The translations under genes were made by a program, and so were the position numbers. From the IMG/VR virus record IMGVR_UViG_3300021591_000018, positions 1 through 64,000 of that record: a stretch of DNA of 64,000 nt; one strand, given 5' to 3'. The stretch is from a virus. Below, piece after piece: positions 9,906 to 18,612 of this stretch (position 1 is its first letter; each line of letters opens with the position of its first letter). The notes below the pieces were generated by a model. The model saw only the letters and a program-made list of their open reading frames with translations, was not told the origin of the DNA and searched no databases.

Positions 9906-10427
9906 ATGCCGCTTTCGTGGACACAGGACATCAGTTCCGGTGCATCTATTGACTCAGCTGACGTACAGGAAATCCGGGACAACATCGACGCTGTGATCGA
10001 CTGCAGTCCAGAGTGTAGTGCAGATTACATCTCAGTGGAGTCCGGATTCGATATTGGCGTCTACACTACCGAGGACTACAATGCATATACCACAGCATAC
10101 ACGAATGTAAAGTCCGGAGAGGACATCTCGGTGTTGACGGGATATGATGCCGATGTATATGTGGGCGAAAATACCTCCGAAGACAGTGGGAAAAACTCTT
10201 CAGTCGATACAGGTGACTTCGTGTCTGTTAAAACCAATTACGACTCCGGAGAAAATGTTGGTGATGATATCGGCTACGACTCCACCTACAAAGCGGGAGT
10301 GGACGGGGAGGATTACGGTGACTACAACTCATCCTACGATGGAGCCGTCGACTCCAGCGATTATGGGGATCACAACTCACCGTACAATATCACGGTCAAG
10401 TCTTCCCACAATTCAGGGGTGACATGA
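9906..10427 (+). CDS. Acidic tetrapeptide-repeat protein B (one leader-like motif plus 35 four-residue units); candidate rSAM substrate
   Basis: MPLSWTQDISSGASIDSADVQEIRDNID is paralogous to protein A. 4-aa register from CSPE to NSGV. Confidence 0.75.
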   Translation: MPLSWTQDISSGASIDSADVQEIRDNIDAVIDCSPECSADYISVESGFDIGVYTTEDYNAYTTAYTNVKSGEDISVLTGYDADVYVGENTSEDSGKNSSVDTGDFVSVKTNYDSGENVGDDIGYDSTYKAGVDGEDYGDYNSSYDGAVDSSDYGDHNSPYNITVKSSHNSGVT

Positions 10428-11701
10428 TGGAAGCGGCAGAGCTACTTACAACGGGCTGGTGTCCATTGAACTGTACGTATTGCTACATTCCGAAGAGCCG
10501 GATGATGATCCATCTTCACTCACGCATTCGAGGGTATCTTCAGTCCGGTGAATTCATCGAGGATCTTAAGCGTTTCTACGGTGGCAAGCTCCACTTCCTC
10601 GGGTTCTGGGGTACTGAGCCGCTCTTGACTCTCTCGGACATCAAGCCACATCTACCCGAGATAGTAGAGGCGTTTCCAAACCTCGAAGCAATCAGCTTCA
10701 GCACGTCGTTGCTGTACCGTCCACTGGAGATAGTCGACTTCGCTGCAGCTATGCCGAGGAAAATTCAGCTTCGAGTCCAGATAAGCGTTGACGGTCCAGC
10801 TTGGATTACAGACCGCAACCGACGTGTAGGAGCTGCTGAAGAGATTCCACGGAACTTCGAAACAGTATTGAGGGAACTCAATGCGACGTCGACGTGCCCA
10901 GTCGAGTTCCGGTGGAAGGTGACGCATTCGATCGAGAACATCCGAGGCTTCACGCCGGAAAGGGTGAGAGGGTTCATCGGTTACTTCAAAAGGCTAAACG
11001 CAACTTTCGACAGAGTTAACCGGAGACGAGATGTCACTCTGCGACGTGGGAGCTTCTGTCCAACCATAGTGGTTCCAGGGAAGTACACCGCAAATGATGG
11101 CAGGGCATTTGCCAGATATCTACGTCTCTTTCACGCTGAAAACTTCGACACTAGTTATACTTATCGACTCCGGAGGATCATAGACTTGTTTCCTGACATT
11201 GCGAAGACTCGGATGTTCACATGCAGTGGCGGCGACAGCAATGCCGGGGTCGGATTCGGGAAGTTGCACATCTGCCACAGAACGTTTTACTACGATTGCC
11301 CGGAGTACGTAGAGAGCATTGTGACTCAAGAGCGATACAAGAACTGGGATGTCAGTCACTTTGAGGAAGGAACTGTAGACTGGGTCGCAAGGTGGTTTAT
11401 CACTGATGATGTCCCTCGTTTCCGCTATGTTATGAGAGGTTACCACGACTTCTGGAGATTCAAGATCAGTTATACTGAGACTATGGTTCAGTTGCTTGCG
11501 AAAGTCGGCGAAGCGAATCCGAGGTATCTTTCTGACCCTGGATTTAGGCAACTCTTCGCCATCTTCGAAAACGTTGCGCTGAGTTGCCCGATGGAGAATC
11601 TTCTCAACACTGGGTCTATACACCTCCAGACTTTGAGCCTTATCCGCATGTTTGCGAATGGAGCTTTCGAGGAGTTGGTGGAGCGATGCAAGAGAAGATG
11701 A
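10424..11701 (+). CDS. Radical SAM enzyme 1 with reduced SPASM/Twitch-like C-terminus
   Basis: CPLNCTYC (CxxxCxxC), WGTEPLL, ISVDG, then TCSGG...ICHR and a distal CPMEN. Confidence 0.85.
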   Translation: MMEAAELLTTGWCPLNCTYCYIPKSRMMIHLHSRIRGYLQSGEFIEDLKRFYGGKLHFLGFWGTEPLLTLSDIKPHLPEIVEAFPNLEAISFSTSLLYRPLEIVDFAAAMPRKIQLRVQISVDGPAWITDRNRRVGAAEEIPRNFETVLRELNATSTCPVEFRWKVTHSIENIRGFTPERVRGFIGYFKRLNATFDRVNRRRDVTLRRGSFCPTIVVPGKYTANDGRAFARYLRLFHAENFDTSYTYRLRRIIDLFPDIAKTRMFTCSGGDSNAGVGFGKLHICHRTFYYDCPEYVESIVTQERYKNWDVSHFEEGTVDWVARWFITDDVPRFRYVMRGYHDFWRFKISYTETMVQLLAKVGEANPRYLSDPGFRQLFAIFENVALSCPMENLLNTGSIHLQTLSLIRMFANGAFEELVERCKRR

Positions 11702-12912
11702 TCGAGTACATCCTCGAGAGGACATTCTACAAGACCTGGAGAAACGGCGAAGGGTTATTCAGTAAGCTCGAGCTCTTCGTGAATCCGTATTGTAACCTCC
11801 GATGTAAGTACTGTTATCTGCAACGTTACAGTGAAGGGCTGTACCCACCAGAAGCGAGGAAACCACCGAGAGAGATACTGTCCAATGGACTGAGAGTCCT
11901 TCGATGGTTGAAAGCGAATGACTTCCGCCCTGAGATCGAGATTTTCAGTGGAGAGCCCTTGATTCAGCCAGCCTGCATCGAACTGATGGTTCGAGCTTCT
12001 GAAGTTGCGAAACAGGTAGTTGTGCCAACGAACTACACCTTCCTGCTCTCCGAGAGGCTTACGCGTTTGGTGGAGTCTACACTTCGCCCGAACATCGTGC
12101 TCTCCGCAAGCTTCGACGGTAAGTACTGCGAGCACGCAAGGCCATTCAAACACGGACCCGAACTCCGGGACGATGTCTACTACGACAAATGTTTCCAGTT
12201 CAACGCAAAACATCGCTTTGGTTTTCACCCGATGGTCGCTCCGCAGAACATCGAAAACTGGACTGAGAACTTCCTCTGGTTCCAGGAGAACTTTAAGAAA
12301 TTCGGAATCCCATGGACGAATTTGTACTTGCTCGAAGTCCGAAACCCTGAATGGACAAAGTCTCAGCTTCGCCACCTCGATGAGTTCCTCCGGTTTCTTG
12401 TACGTTGGAGTTGGAAGAAGTGTCAGTCCAGTAACAGGCTGTTCCGTGAGTTCCTTTTCAAAGGACGCGGCTTCAATATTCTCAGTAGTCCCTTCGTTAC
12501 CATTGGACGTGGGATTGGGTGCTCAATTCAATCCACGCTGACAATTCGCCTAGGTGATCTTGCAATAGTCCCATGTCATCGAACTGCATATAAGCCTTTC
12601 ATCCTTGGGTACTTCAGAGATGGGATCGAAATCACAAATCCGGAGCTCTTCGTCGCAGTGTACAGTTTCGATCGCAGATCGCTACCTTATTGCGAGCAAT
12701 GTGATATTCGTGAACTCTGTAGTGGAGGATGTCTAGGAGCACAGCTGGAAAGCCTCGGAGATATGTTCACTCCACATCCGAATGTCTGTTTACTTGAGCA
12801 TATCAAGATTAATGCAATTCTTTCAGAACTTAATGAGATAGGAGTTCTCTCGTACCTAACTAAGTTTATTCGAACCGAGAAGCAAAAAGCGATCGAGGGG
12901 TGGATAAAGTGA
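11686..12912 (+). CDS. Radical SAM/SPASM enzyme 2
   Basis: CNLRCKYC, FSGEP, ASFDG; full SPASM GCSI...PCHR...CEQCDIRELCSGGC...VC. Likely start is ATG 11686 (after GGTGGAG) or 11698 (ATGA overlap). Confidence 0.9.
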   Translation: MQEKMIEYILERTFYKTWRNGEGLFSKLELFVNPYCNLRCKYCYLQRYSEGLYPPEARKPPREILSNGLRVLRWLKANDFRPEIEIFSGEPLIQPACIELMVRASEVAKQVVVPTNYTFLLSERLTRLVESTLRPNIVLSASFDGKYCEHARPFKHGPELRDDVYYDKCFQFNAKHRFGFHPMVAPQNIENWTENFLWFQENFKKFGIPWTNLYLLEVRNPEWTKSQLRHLDEFLRFLVRWSWKKCQSSNRLFREFLFKGRGFNILSSPFVTIGRGIGCSIQSTLTIRLGDLAIVPCHRTAYKPFILGYFRDGIEITNPELFVAVYSFDRRSLPYCEQCDIRELCSGGCLGAQLESLGDMFTPHPNVCLLEHIKINAILSELNEIGVLSYLTKFIRTEKQKAIEGWIK

Positions 12913-13403
12913 GTTTTGAAGAGACGAAAGCAGTTCTCGAACGCGAACTTCGTTCTGAGCGATTGAAAGTCTATTTTGGCAAGAGAGTGCTGGACGACAT
13001 CCATCGACTTGTCTCTCTGATGCTGCGCGACGTTACAAACCTGATGGCTGACAAGCAGGTCTCAGTAGATGATAAAACGATCGAAGACCTTAACAGAGTT
13101 TTGGACGCGATGATCGACGTCGTTTCAATCATACCTCTGGATGAGAGGGTCACAGACTTTTGTCAGAATTTCGCTCGTCTAGCATATAACTGGAACCAAA
13201 ATCTACGACGAGATCGCTCAATCGAGAGAAAAACAAGGGTTCTCGATAGACTGCTACGTCAGCACTTGACGATCGTCGAAGCAACGAATGTCTTAAGGAG
13301 GCTTACTCGGCGGCTTGAGAGGTTCCTCGACTACTCTCCACCTGCCTTTCGTCTTGCACGACACTTTCTTGAGAGCGTCTTTGAAGAGCAGCAACCTCCC
13401 TGA
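12900..13403 (+). CDS. Alpha-helical hypothetical protein closing the rSAM operon
   Basis: 167 aa ORF overlapping the rSAM2 stop (GTGA at 12909-12912); last + strand gene before the convergent arm. Confidence 0.6.
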   Translation: MDKVSFEETKAVLERELRSERLKVYFGKRVLDDIHRLVSLMLRDVTNLMADKQVSVDDKTIEDLNRVLDAMIDVVSIIPLDERVTDFCQNFARLAYNWNQNLRRDRSIERKTRVLDRLLRQHLTIVEATNVLRRLTRRLERFLDYSPPAFRLARHFLESVFEEQQPP

Positions 13404-13509
13404 TCAATTCGTCTAGTGCCTCACCGACATCTACTGCCATCGCCATGAGCATCTGCCATCGACGCTGAAGTCGAGCTGCCTTCTGAATCAGACTCTGAAG
13501 CTCACTCAT
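13303..13509 (-). CDS. Small coiled-coil hypothetical protein
   Basis: ORF with upstream GGAGG; helical heptad-like sequence. Confidence 0.5.
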   Translation of the reverse strand: MSELQSLIQKAARLQRRWQMLMAMAVDVGEALDELIREVAALQRRSQESVVQDERQVESSRGTSQAAE

Positions 13510-13669
13510 TGCTCTTCCTCCTTAGAAGGTACCCTACAGCTGCTCCGAGAGAGAAATTTATCAAATTTGTATTCCTAGTGTAAAAAGCGTACGCTACACT
13601 TGCTAAGATAACGACAGCAGCAACGACATTCGCTATCGTTGTCTTCGAGATAAGTTCACGGAAGCTCAT
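13502..13669 (-). CDS. Small two-helix membrane protein (holin-like)
   Basis: Not in track. MSFRELISKTTIANVVAAVVILASVAYAFYTRNTNLINFSLGAAVGYLLRRKSNE* fills the gap with overlapping start/stop. Confidence 0.55.
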   Translation of the reverse strand: MSFRELISKTTIANVVAAVVILASVAYAFYTRNTNLINFSLGAAVGYLLRRKSNE

Positions 13670-13962
13670 GGTCTCACCTTCCGTTTGCGTAACAGTTCGT
13701 CGAGTGTCTTCAGCTTCTGCTTCCTAGCTTCACGCTCTTGTTTGCGTTGCTGATCGGCCGCTAGCAACTTTATTCTCTCCTTGACTCTTGCCTTCGCCCA
13801 ATCGTCAAATGTTCCGTCGTCCAGCATGGACCTGAGGTCGTCTTCTTTTACGCTGACAGCAAAGCCGTCCCGTCCACCTTTCTCTTCGAAGAGTAGTGTC
13901 ACAGTGCCCTCTCCGACTTCATGTATTCGAATCTTGTACTCGTAGTCGTTGAACTCACTCAT
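13666..13962 (-). CDS. Hypothetical protein
   Basis: 98 aa ORF coupled to its neighbours. Confidence 0.6.
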   Translation of the reverse strand: MSEFNDYEYKIRIHEVGEGTVTLLFEEKGGRDGFAVSVKEDDLRSMLDDGTFDDWAKARVKERIKLLAADQQRKQEREARKQKLKTLDELLRKRKVRP

Positions 13963-14488
13963 CTATTCTCACCTCCAACACCTCTAACCGAGAAGAAAGA
14001 AGGTCAGCAAAGTGGATGATAGCCGAGAGTAAGTCATTCGGATAGACGGATGACCTTGACCATCCTCCCATGTGACTTAAGATTGCTCGTGCAATGTAAG
14101 TTGGCAGAACGTAGCCGGTTTCCTCTTGGAACATCTGAAGTCCACTTACCTCGTGACTCGCCCAACGGAATGGGTTGTCCTCGAACTTACCGTCAACTTC
14201 GACGTAGTCCTGAAGTTTACCAACGTCATGGAGTAGAGCTGCCACAATGACGTTCTCCAAATCTATGTAACCTACGATATGTGCGATCTTGACTGCCAGT
14301 TCAACGACGTTCAACGTATGGTCAAGTAATCCTCCACGATAGTTACAGTGGTGATACAGACTCGCTGGATAGTTCTCGAATTCCCTACGATGTCGATCGA
14401 AGAACTTTTCTAGGGCTTCTCGGAGACGTCTGTTCCGTACCTTTTGAATCCATCGCCGCAACTCGTTCCAACGGTTCAACTGTCGCAC
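13955..14488 (-). CDS. HD-domain phosphohydrolase (YhaM-like HD)
   Basis: PASLYHH...GGLLDHTLNV...ALLHDVGK...SHMG...IIHFADLLSS. Confidence 0.85.
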   Translation of the reverse strand: MRQLNRWNELRRWIQKVRNRRLREALEKFFDRHRREFENYPASLYHHCNYRGGLLDHTLNVVELAVKIAHIVGYIDLENVIVAALLHDVGKLQDYVEVDGKFEDNPFRWASHEVSGLQMFQEETGYVLPTYIARAILSHMGGWSRSSVYPNDLLSAIIHFADLLSSRLEVLEVRIDE

Positions 14489-14778
14489 CCCTGTCGTACG
14501 TCTGTCGTACGATTGTCATATGATTTTCTTAAGATAATCTCCAAATGAGCACGTAATGTTCGAAAATCTGACAACGTAAGTAACACATATCCAACGTAAC
14601 AGATGATAAATCCATAGTAGCCATGATGAAGAAATGGAGTACCTAAAGTTCCACTCCAGATAGGACTACTGATGATACTGTGACTTGCAAGCTTCCATGC
14701 AAACTCGAAGTACTGCCAGAAAGCTGCCCAGAAACCAACGTTGAAGAGGACGTGCTTCCAGAGCCTCATAGTGATCAC
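14476..14778 (-). CDS. Membrane protein
   Basis: Two hydrophobic aromatic-rich segments; HHGYYG motif. Confidence 0.55.
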   Translation of the reverse strand: MITMRLWKHVLFNVGFWAAFWQYFEFAWKLASHSIISSPIWSGTLGTPFLHHGYYGFIICYVGYVLLTLSDFRTLRAHLEIILRKSYDNRTTDVRQGCDS

Positions 14779-15075
14779 TCACAGAACTGGACTGTACTTC
14801 TCGACTTTTGCCAAGTAGACCTTGTACTCTTCAGGTAACAACTTGACCAACTTGTTATAGTAGTCCTCTGCTTCCTCTCTACTTGTGAAGACTCTGAACC
14901 AGTTGATCGTCGAGACCTCGTCCTTGATCTCAACTGCCACGATCCAGAGTCCAGGTACATCAACGTTTATAGTTATCTCGTATGGTGCTGTCGCATCATT
15001 GTTCACGACGATGTCAGTGTCGACTGCTGTCGAGTCACTTTGCTTCAGGTACGGTATGTTAGCCAACTCTCTCAC
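14779..15075 (-). CDS. Hypothetical protein
   Basis: 98 aa ORF within the - strand gene run. Confidence 0.55.
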   Translation of the reverse strand: MRELANIPYLKQSDSTAVDTDIVVNNDATAPYEITINVDVPGLWIVAVEIKDEVSTINWFRVFTSREEAEDYYNKLVKLLPEEYKVYLAKVEKYSPVL

Positions 15076-15220
15076 CTCGCTTCCTTCGTATCAGCTCCTC
15101 GAGATCACGTCGACACTCGTTACAGCACTGTAGCAATAAACTAACAGCGAAATCGTTTGATACGTAGTCTCGCCATGACCAAATTACTCGTCCACAGATT
15201 GGGCAGACTCTCCACGGCAT
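15059..15220 (-). CDS. Small Zn-finger protein
   Basis: Not in track. MPWRVCPICGR...CCNECRRDLEELIRRKRGERVG* with GGAGGTGA SD. Confidence 0.55.
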   Translation of the reverse strand: MPWRVCPICGRVIWSWRDYVSNDFAVSLLLQCCNECRRDLEELIRRKRGERVG

Positions 15221-15274
15221 ACTTTCACCTCCCACCACTTCGGTTTCGCAACGAACAAGACGAACGACGGTCTC

Positions 15275-15931
15275 TCAACACATCGTAACATCAACAGATT
15301 CCCGATTTCTGTTACGACTTGAAACTTCCGATCGGGAAGGTCCCTTAGCTTTACAATAACTAATTTCGAGTTTGATCCATCCGATGTCCGTCTTGACGAG
15401 GAAGGCTGGCACTCCATCTTGAGCACGCTCAAGCATACGCTTTAATCGTTTACGACTAACTCTGAAGACTTTTGCTCCTTTAACATCGATGAAGAAACGT
15501 TGTCCGTCTTTTACTGCAACCAAATCGAACACATCAGACGGATTCGGTACAAGCGATACTTCAAACCCCAACCTGTGAAGAAATGCAAGTGCCTCAAGTT
15601 CGGTTTTCGTCCACGGTGTCTGTAGATTCCTCATATGCTTAAGTTTGTATCGACGTCTAAGAGAGGTAATCGACTCAACCGTAACACCGAAGAGATCCGC
15701 TATCTTTGCATAAGGGACACCATGTTTCATTAGGTGTTCAACTAGTTGAATCTCCGTCCTTGTCCATCGCTTACGGAACCGTATTCCGAGTGCACGGTAA
15801 TACTTTCGAACTGCAGACGGAGTGATTCTCAGTTCGTTTGCAATCTTACAGACGGTTGCACCTTCACGTAGACGTTGAACAACGTACTCAGCTCGTTTCC
15901 TACCGTACTCAGTCGTTGCTGTGATGGGCAA
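15275..15931 (-). CDS. Tandem HTH plus PD-(D/E)XK (Hjc-like) nuclease
   Basis: Two HTH repeats, then ELEALAFL...GFEV...FDLVAVKDG...FIDVKG. Confidence 0.7.
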   Translation of the reverse strand: MPITATTEYGRKRAEYVVQRLREGATVCKIANELRITPSAVRKYYRALGIRFRKRWTRTEIQLVEHLMKHGVPYAKIADLFGVTVESITSLRRRYKLKHMRNLQTPWTKTELEALAFLHRLGFEVSLVPNPSDVFDLVAVKDGQRFFIDVKGAKVFRVSRKRLKRMLERAQDGVPAFLVKTDIGWIKLEISYCKAKGPSRSEVSSRNRNRESVDVTMC

Positions 15932-15933
15932 AG

Positions 15934-16911
15934 CTAGTCCTCCGTTAGGACAACTACCTTACCTACACTTTCTATATTACTTGTCTTGCAGAAGATCGTG
16001 TGTGTTTCAGACCCAGCGAAGAGCAGTCCAAGGAAGATTGGCTTCGACGTGTCAGTAACAATCGCACTGCTGCTGTCACCTCCAGCTGAGAAGCCCCTCT
16101 TCTCGATAATAGCACAGTCCTCGAAGTGAACTACTCCTCGGCTGTATTGAATATCTCCAGACCACGTCGTCCCTATGACTGATCCTTCTCTCGTGTGGTT
16201 AGTAGTTCGTCCAAATTTTTGACAGACGTCCCCAATCATTGGGTCGCGCTTACCGTAAACCTTACCGATCTTATAGATTTCAGTCTTTACCTCAACGGTT
16301 GGCTGGATGATCGCTAAGTCGACTACGTTGTGTGGGTAACCAATCCACTCCCGAATCTTGTTCCTTAGACCGAAGAAGCTCCTGAATGGGCAGTTGTAGG
16401 CTCCGAAGTTGATCGGGACGTAACGCTTCAGATAGCCTATCGCATCACGAGGGTTCTTTCCTCCATCGTACGGGCTAGGTTGAAGGTACGGATCTCCTAT
16501 CTTCGCTTTGTTCTCCTGTGCTCCACAGTGGTTGTTGCAGAGGATCACGAGCCTCTCATCCTCCTTGTCGATTGCAAACCATCCAAGCGTACACGCAGTA
16601 CCCTTGTAGTGTATAGCTGAGATTCCAGCTACGACTGGTCTGACTCTGCTTCGCCATCCCTCGGCTTGAAAGGAAAGAGGTCGGATCGGGCCTGTCTCGA
16701 CGACGTCGACAGGAATTCCCTCGAACTCCTCTGGGATGAGGTCGCGTTTACTGAGTGCCTCGACTGGCTCCTTCTTCGTTACGTAGACTCTCAGGACCTG
16801 CTCCTTTGGGTAGTACTTACCTCCTCTCTTTCTTGGGACGAGGCTCTTTTCGATGCTGTGGACGTTTTTCTTCTTCCTTACACATTTCCACAGACGGTCG
16901 TACACGCTCAT
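15934..16911 (-). CDS. Trypsin-like (S1, Nal1-like) serine protease
   Basis: RVYVTKK N-domain; CTLG, LCNNHC (His), VDLA (Asp), KFGRTT, GGDSSS (Ser), LGLLFAGS. Confidence 0.8.
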   Translation of the reverse strand: MSVYDRLWKCVRKKKNVHSIEKSLVPRKRGGKYYPKEQVLRVYVTKKEPVEALSKRDLIPEEFEGIPVDVVETGPIRPLSFQAEGWRSRVRPVVAGISAIHYKGTACTLGWFAIDKEDERLVILCNNHCGAQENKAKIGDPYLQPSPYDGGKNPRDAIGYLKRYVPINFGAYNCPFRSFFGLRNKIREWIGYPHNVVDLAIIQPTVEVKTEIYKIGKVYGKRDPMIGDVCQKFGRTTNHTREGSVIGTTWSGDIQYSRGVVHFEDCAIIEKRGFSAGGDSSSAIVTDTSKPIFLGLLFAGSETHTIFCKTSNIESVGKVVVLTED

Positions 16912-17452
16912 CTCTCATCACTCCGAGTGCTTCAAGTAAACACTCATACCGGTTAATGCCCTTTCGAATGTACGACAATGCAAGTTCGTAGTCAGCTGGG
17001 AAGACAAGTGCGTCTGTCAACTTATTCAAAGCTGTATTGTAGAGATAGATCGCACAGTTCTCAACTTCGGCTAGATAGGCGTAGATCTGTGTCTGGATCG
17101 TTGCGTAGTCGATACAGTAAGTTCGTTCCTCCTCTGTACGGTACGTCTTGAGGTCACCAACAACGTCCTCCTTCAGTAAGTCAGGAATGCCGATGATCTT
17201 CCAGTTGTCAACTATCTTCGAAACCGACACACGATTCGTAAAACCGAGTTCCTCGTGGATACGCTTTCCAAGTCCTGATCCACGCATCTGACGTGGGAAC
17301 AGCACCTTGAGCGGGTCAAGTAACAGCACGACGATTTTCGTTACGCCAAGTGTACCTTTAATCGAGGTACTCCGTTGGATCGATGACTCCAGCTTCTCGG
17401 AAGGCTCGTTTCCGTTCTCGACATGAACTACAGACACCACAGTGCTTCTCAC
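16817..17452 (-). CDS. PD-(D/E)XK nuclease (Cas4/RecB-like, lacking Fe-S cysteines); start uncertain
   Basis: GKRIHEE...GIPD...GDLKT...QTQIYAYL. Confidence 0.7.
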   Translation of the reverse strand: MRSTVVSVVHVENGNEPSEKLESSIQRSTSIKGTLGVTKIVVLLLDPLKVLFPRQMRGSGLGKRIHEELGFTNRVSVSKIVDNWKIIGIPDLLKEDVVGDLKTYRTEEERTYCIDYATIQTQIYAYLAEVENCAIYLYNTALNKLTDALVFPADYELALSYIRKGINRYECLLEALGVMRDERVRPSVEMCKEEEKRPQHRKEPRPKKERR

Positions 17453-18041
17453 CTCCTTTGTAACAGCTCCATGTCAACTCGTATGGGACATCTAAATATG
17501 CACCTAGTCGCACAATGTCAGACTTGTACTTCGAGACGAATGGTACCAATACCTTGAAGTCCGGATCGTCGAGTGCCAACTTTAACGTCTGTTCTAATGC
17601 GTTTACGAATTCTGCACGACAGTCAGGATAAACGCCTCTGTCGCTGTAGTGTGCAGCATACGCTACTGCTTTGGCACCAATCGACTGTGCGATACCAGCA
17701 GCGATCGATAGTAAGATCATGTTGCGATTCGGTACGACTGTCACTGCCAACGTATCGTAGTGCTCAGCAGTCTCAGGAACTTCAGGTACGTTGATACTCG
17801 GTGTTGTTAGTGCAGAACGCAACCACTTTCCAAGCTCAGGTAACTCAACGTACAGCCAGTCGACACCTAACGAATGTGCGATCTTCCTTGCTGCATGAAC
17901 TTCCTTACTGTGTCTCTGGCCGTAGTTGATGGTCAGTGCGGTTACGTCGAAGTCCAATTCCTTCTTGAGGTAGTATAGCAACGTGCTGCTGTCAATCCCG
18001 CCAGACAGCAGCGAAATGACTTTCAACTTATTCGCCTCCAT
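17358..18041 (-). CDS. queC: 7-cyano-7-deazaguanine synthase
   Basis: LLSGGIDS, YGQRH, VPNRN, YPDCR, TWSCY...CGVCSSCRER. Start moved to MEANK. Confidence 0.95.
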   Translation of the reverse strand: MEANKLKVISLLSGGIDSSTLLYYLKKELDFDVTALTINYGQRHSKEVHAARKIAHSLGVDWLYVELPELGKWLRSALTTPSINVPEVPETAEHYDTLAVTVVPNRNMILLSIAAGIAQSIGAKAVAYAAHYSDRGVYPDCRAEFVNALEQTLKLALDDPDFKVLVPFVSKYKSDIVRLGAYLDVPYELTWSCYKGGEKHCGVCSSCRERKRAFREAGVIDPTEYLD

Positions 18042-18612
18042 AGTGCTTCTTCCGTAAGTTGAAGAACTCCTCACGTGCAGCTGGATTCCAGAGGAACACA
18101 CCCCGACAAGCTGAACAAACGTACGGTCTTGGTTGGAAGCCTTCGACCATCTTGCAGGTGTGGACTGCTGACGAGACGACTATCACACCGTACGGCTTTG
18201 CGGCTTCCCAGAGTTCATCTGCAATCTGTGCAGTCATTCGCTCCTGTATCTGGAAGCGTAGTGCGTACTTCTCGACCAGTTGGTCGAGCTTCGACAAACC
18301 GACGACTCTCTCCTTTGGTATGTAGCCGATGTCAACGGTACCGTAGAAAGGCATGAAGTGATGTTCGCACAACGTTGTAAATGGGATCCCAAATTCAGCT
18401 ACAAGGTCAGCCTTACCCTCGTATTGTCTCCAGAGTTTCACCTCACGATTGTAGCCCTCCGTGAAACGCAGCCACGTTGTCGCAATTCGTATCGGTGTTC
18501 TACGTAAGTCCTCAGACTCTGGATCCAGTCCTAGTATCTCGATTATCTCCTTGATGTGTTCTGCGATCTTCTTGGCTCTCTCATCCTCTTCATACGGTTC
18601 CAACAGACTCAT
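18028..18612 (-). CDS. folE: GTP cyclohydrolase I
   Basis: TPIR, LCEHHFMPFYG, GLSKL, QERMTAQIA, HTC. Confidence 0.95.
   Translation of the reverse strand: MSLLEPYEEDERAKKIAEHIKEIIEILGLDPESEDLRRTPIRIATTWLRFTEGYNREVKLWRQYEGKADLVAEFGIPFTTLCEHHFMPFYGTVDIGYIPKERVVGLSKLDQLVEKYALRFQIQERMTAQIADELWEAAKPYGVIVVSSAVHTCKMVEGFQPRPYVCSACRGVFLWNPAAREEFFNLRKKHYGGE

Noticed and set aside
13546-13562. GAGAGAGAAATTTA resembling the promoter motif
   Set aside because: Lies inside the 55-aa membrane ORF and points antisense to local genes.
17330-17452. Frameshift fusion of QueC to the downstream nuclease
   Set aside because: The nuclease start is unclear, but there is no slippery site or other support; an overlapping or non-canonical start is enough.
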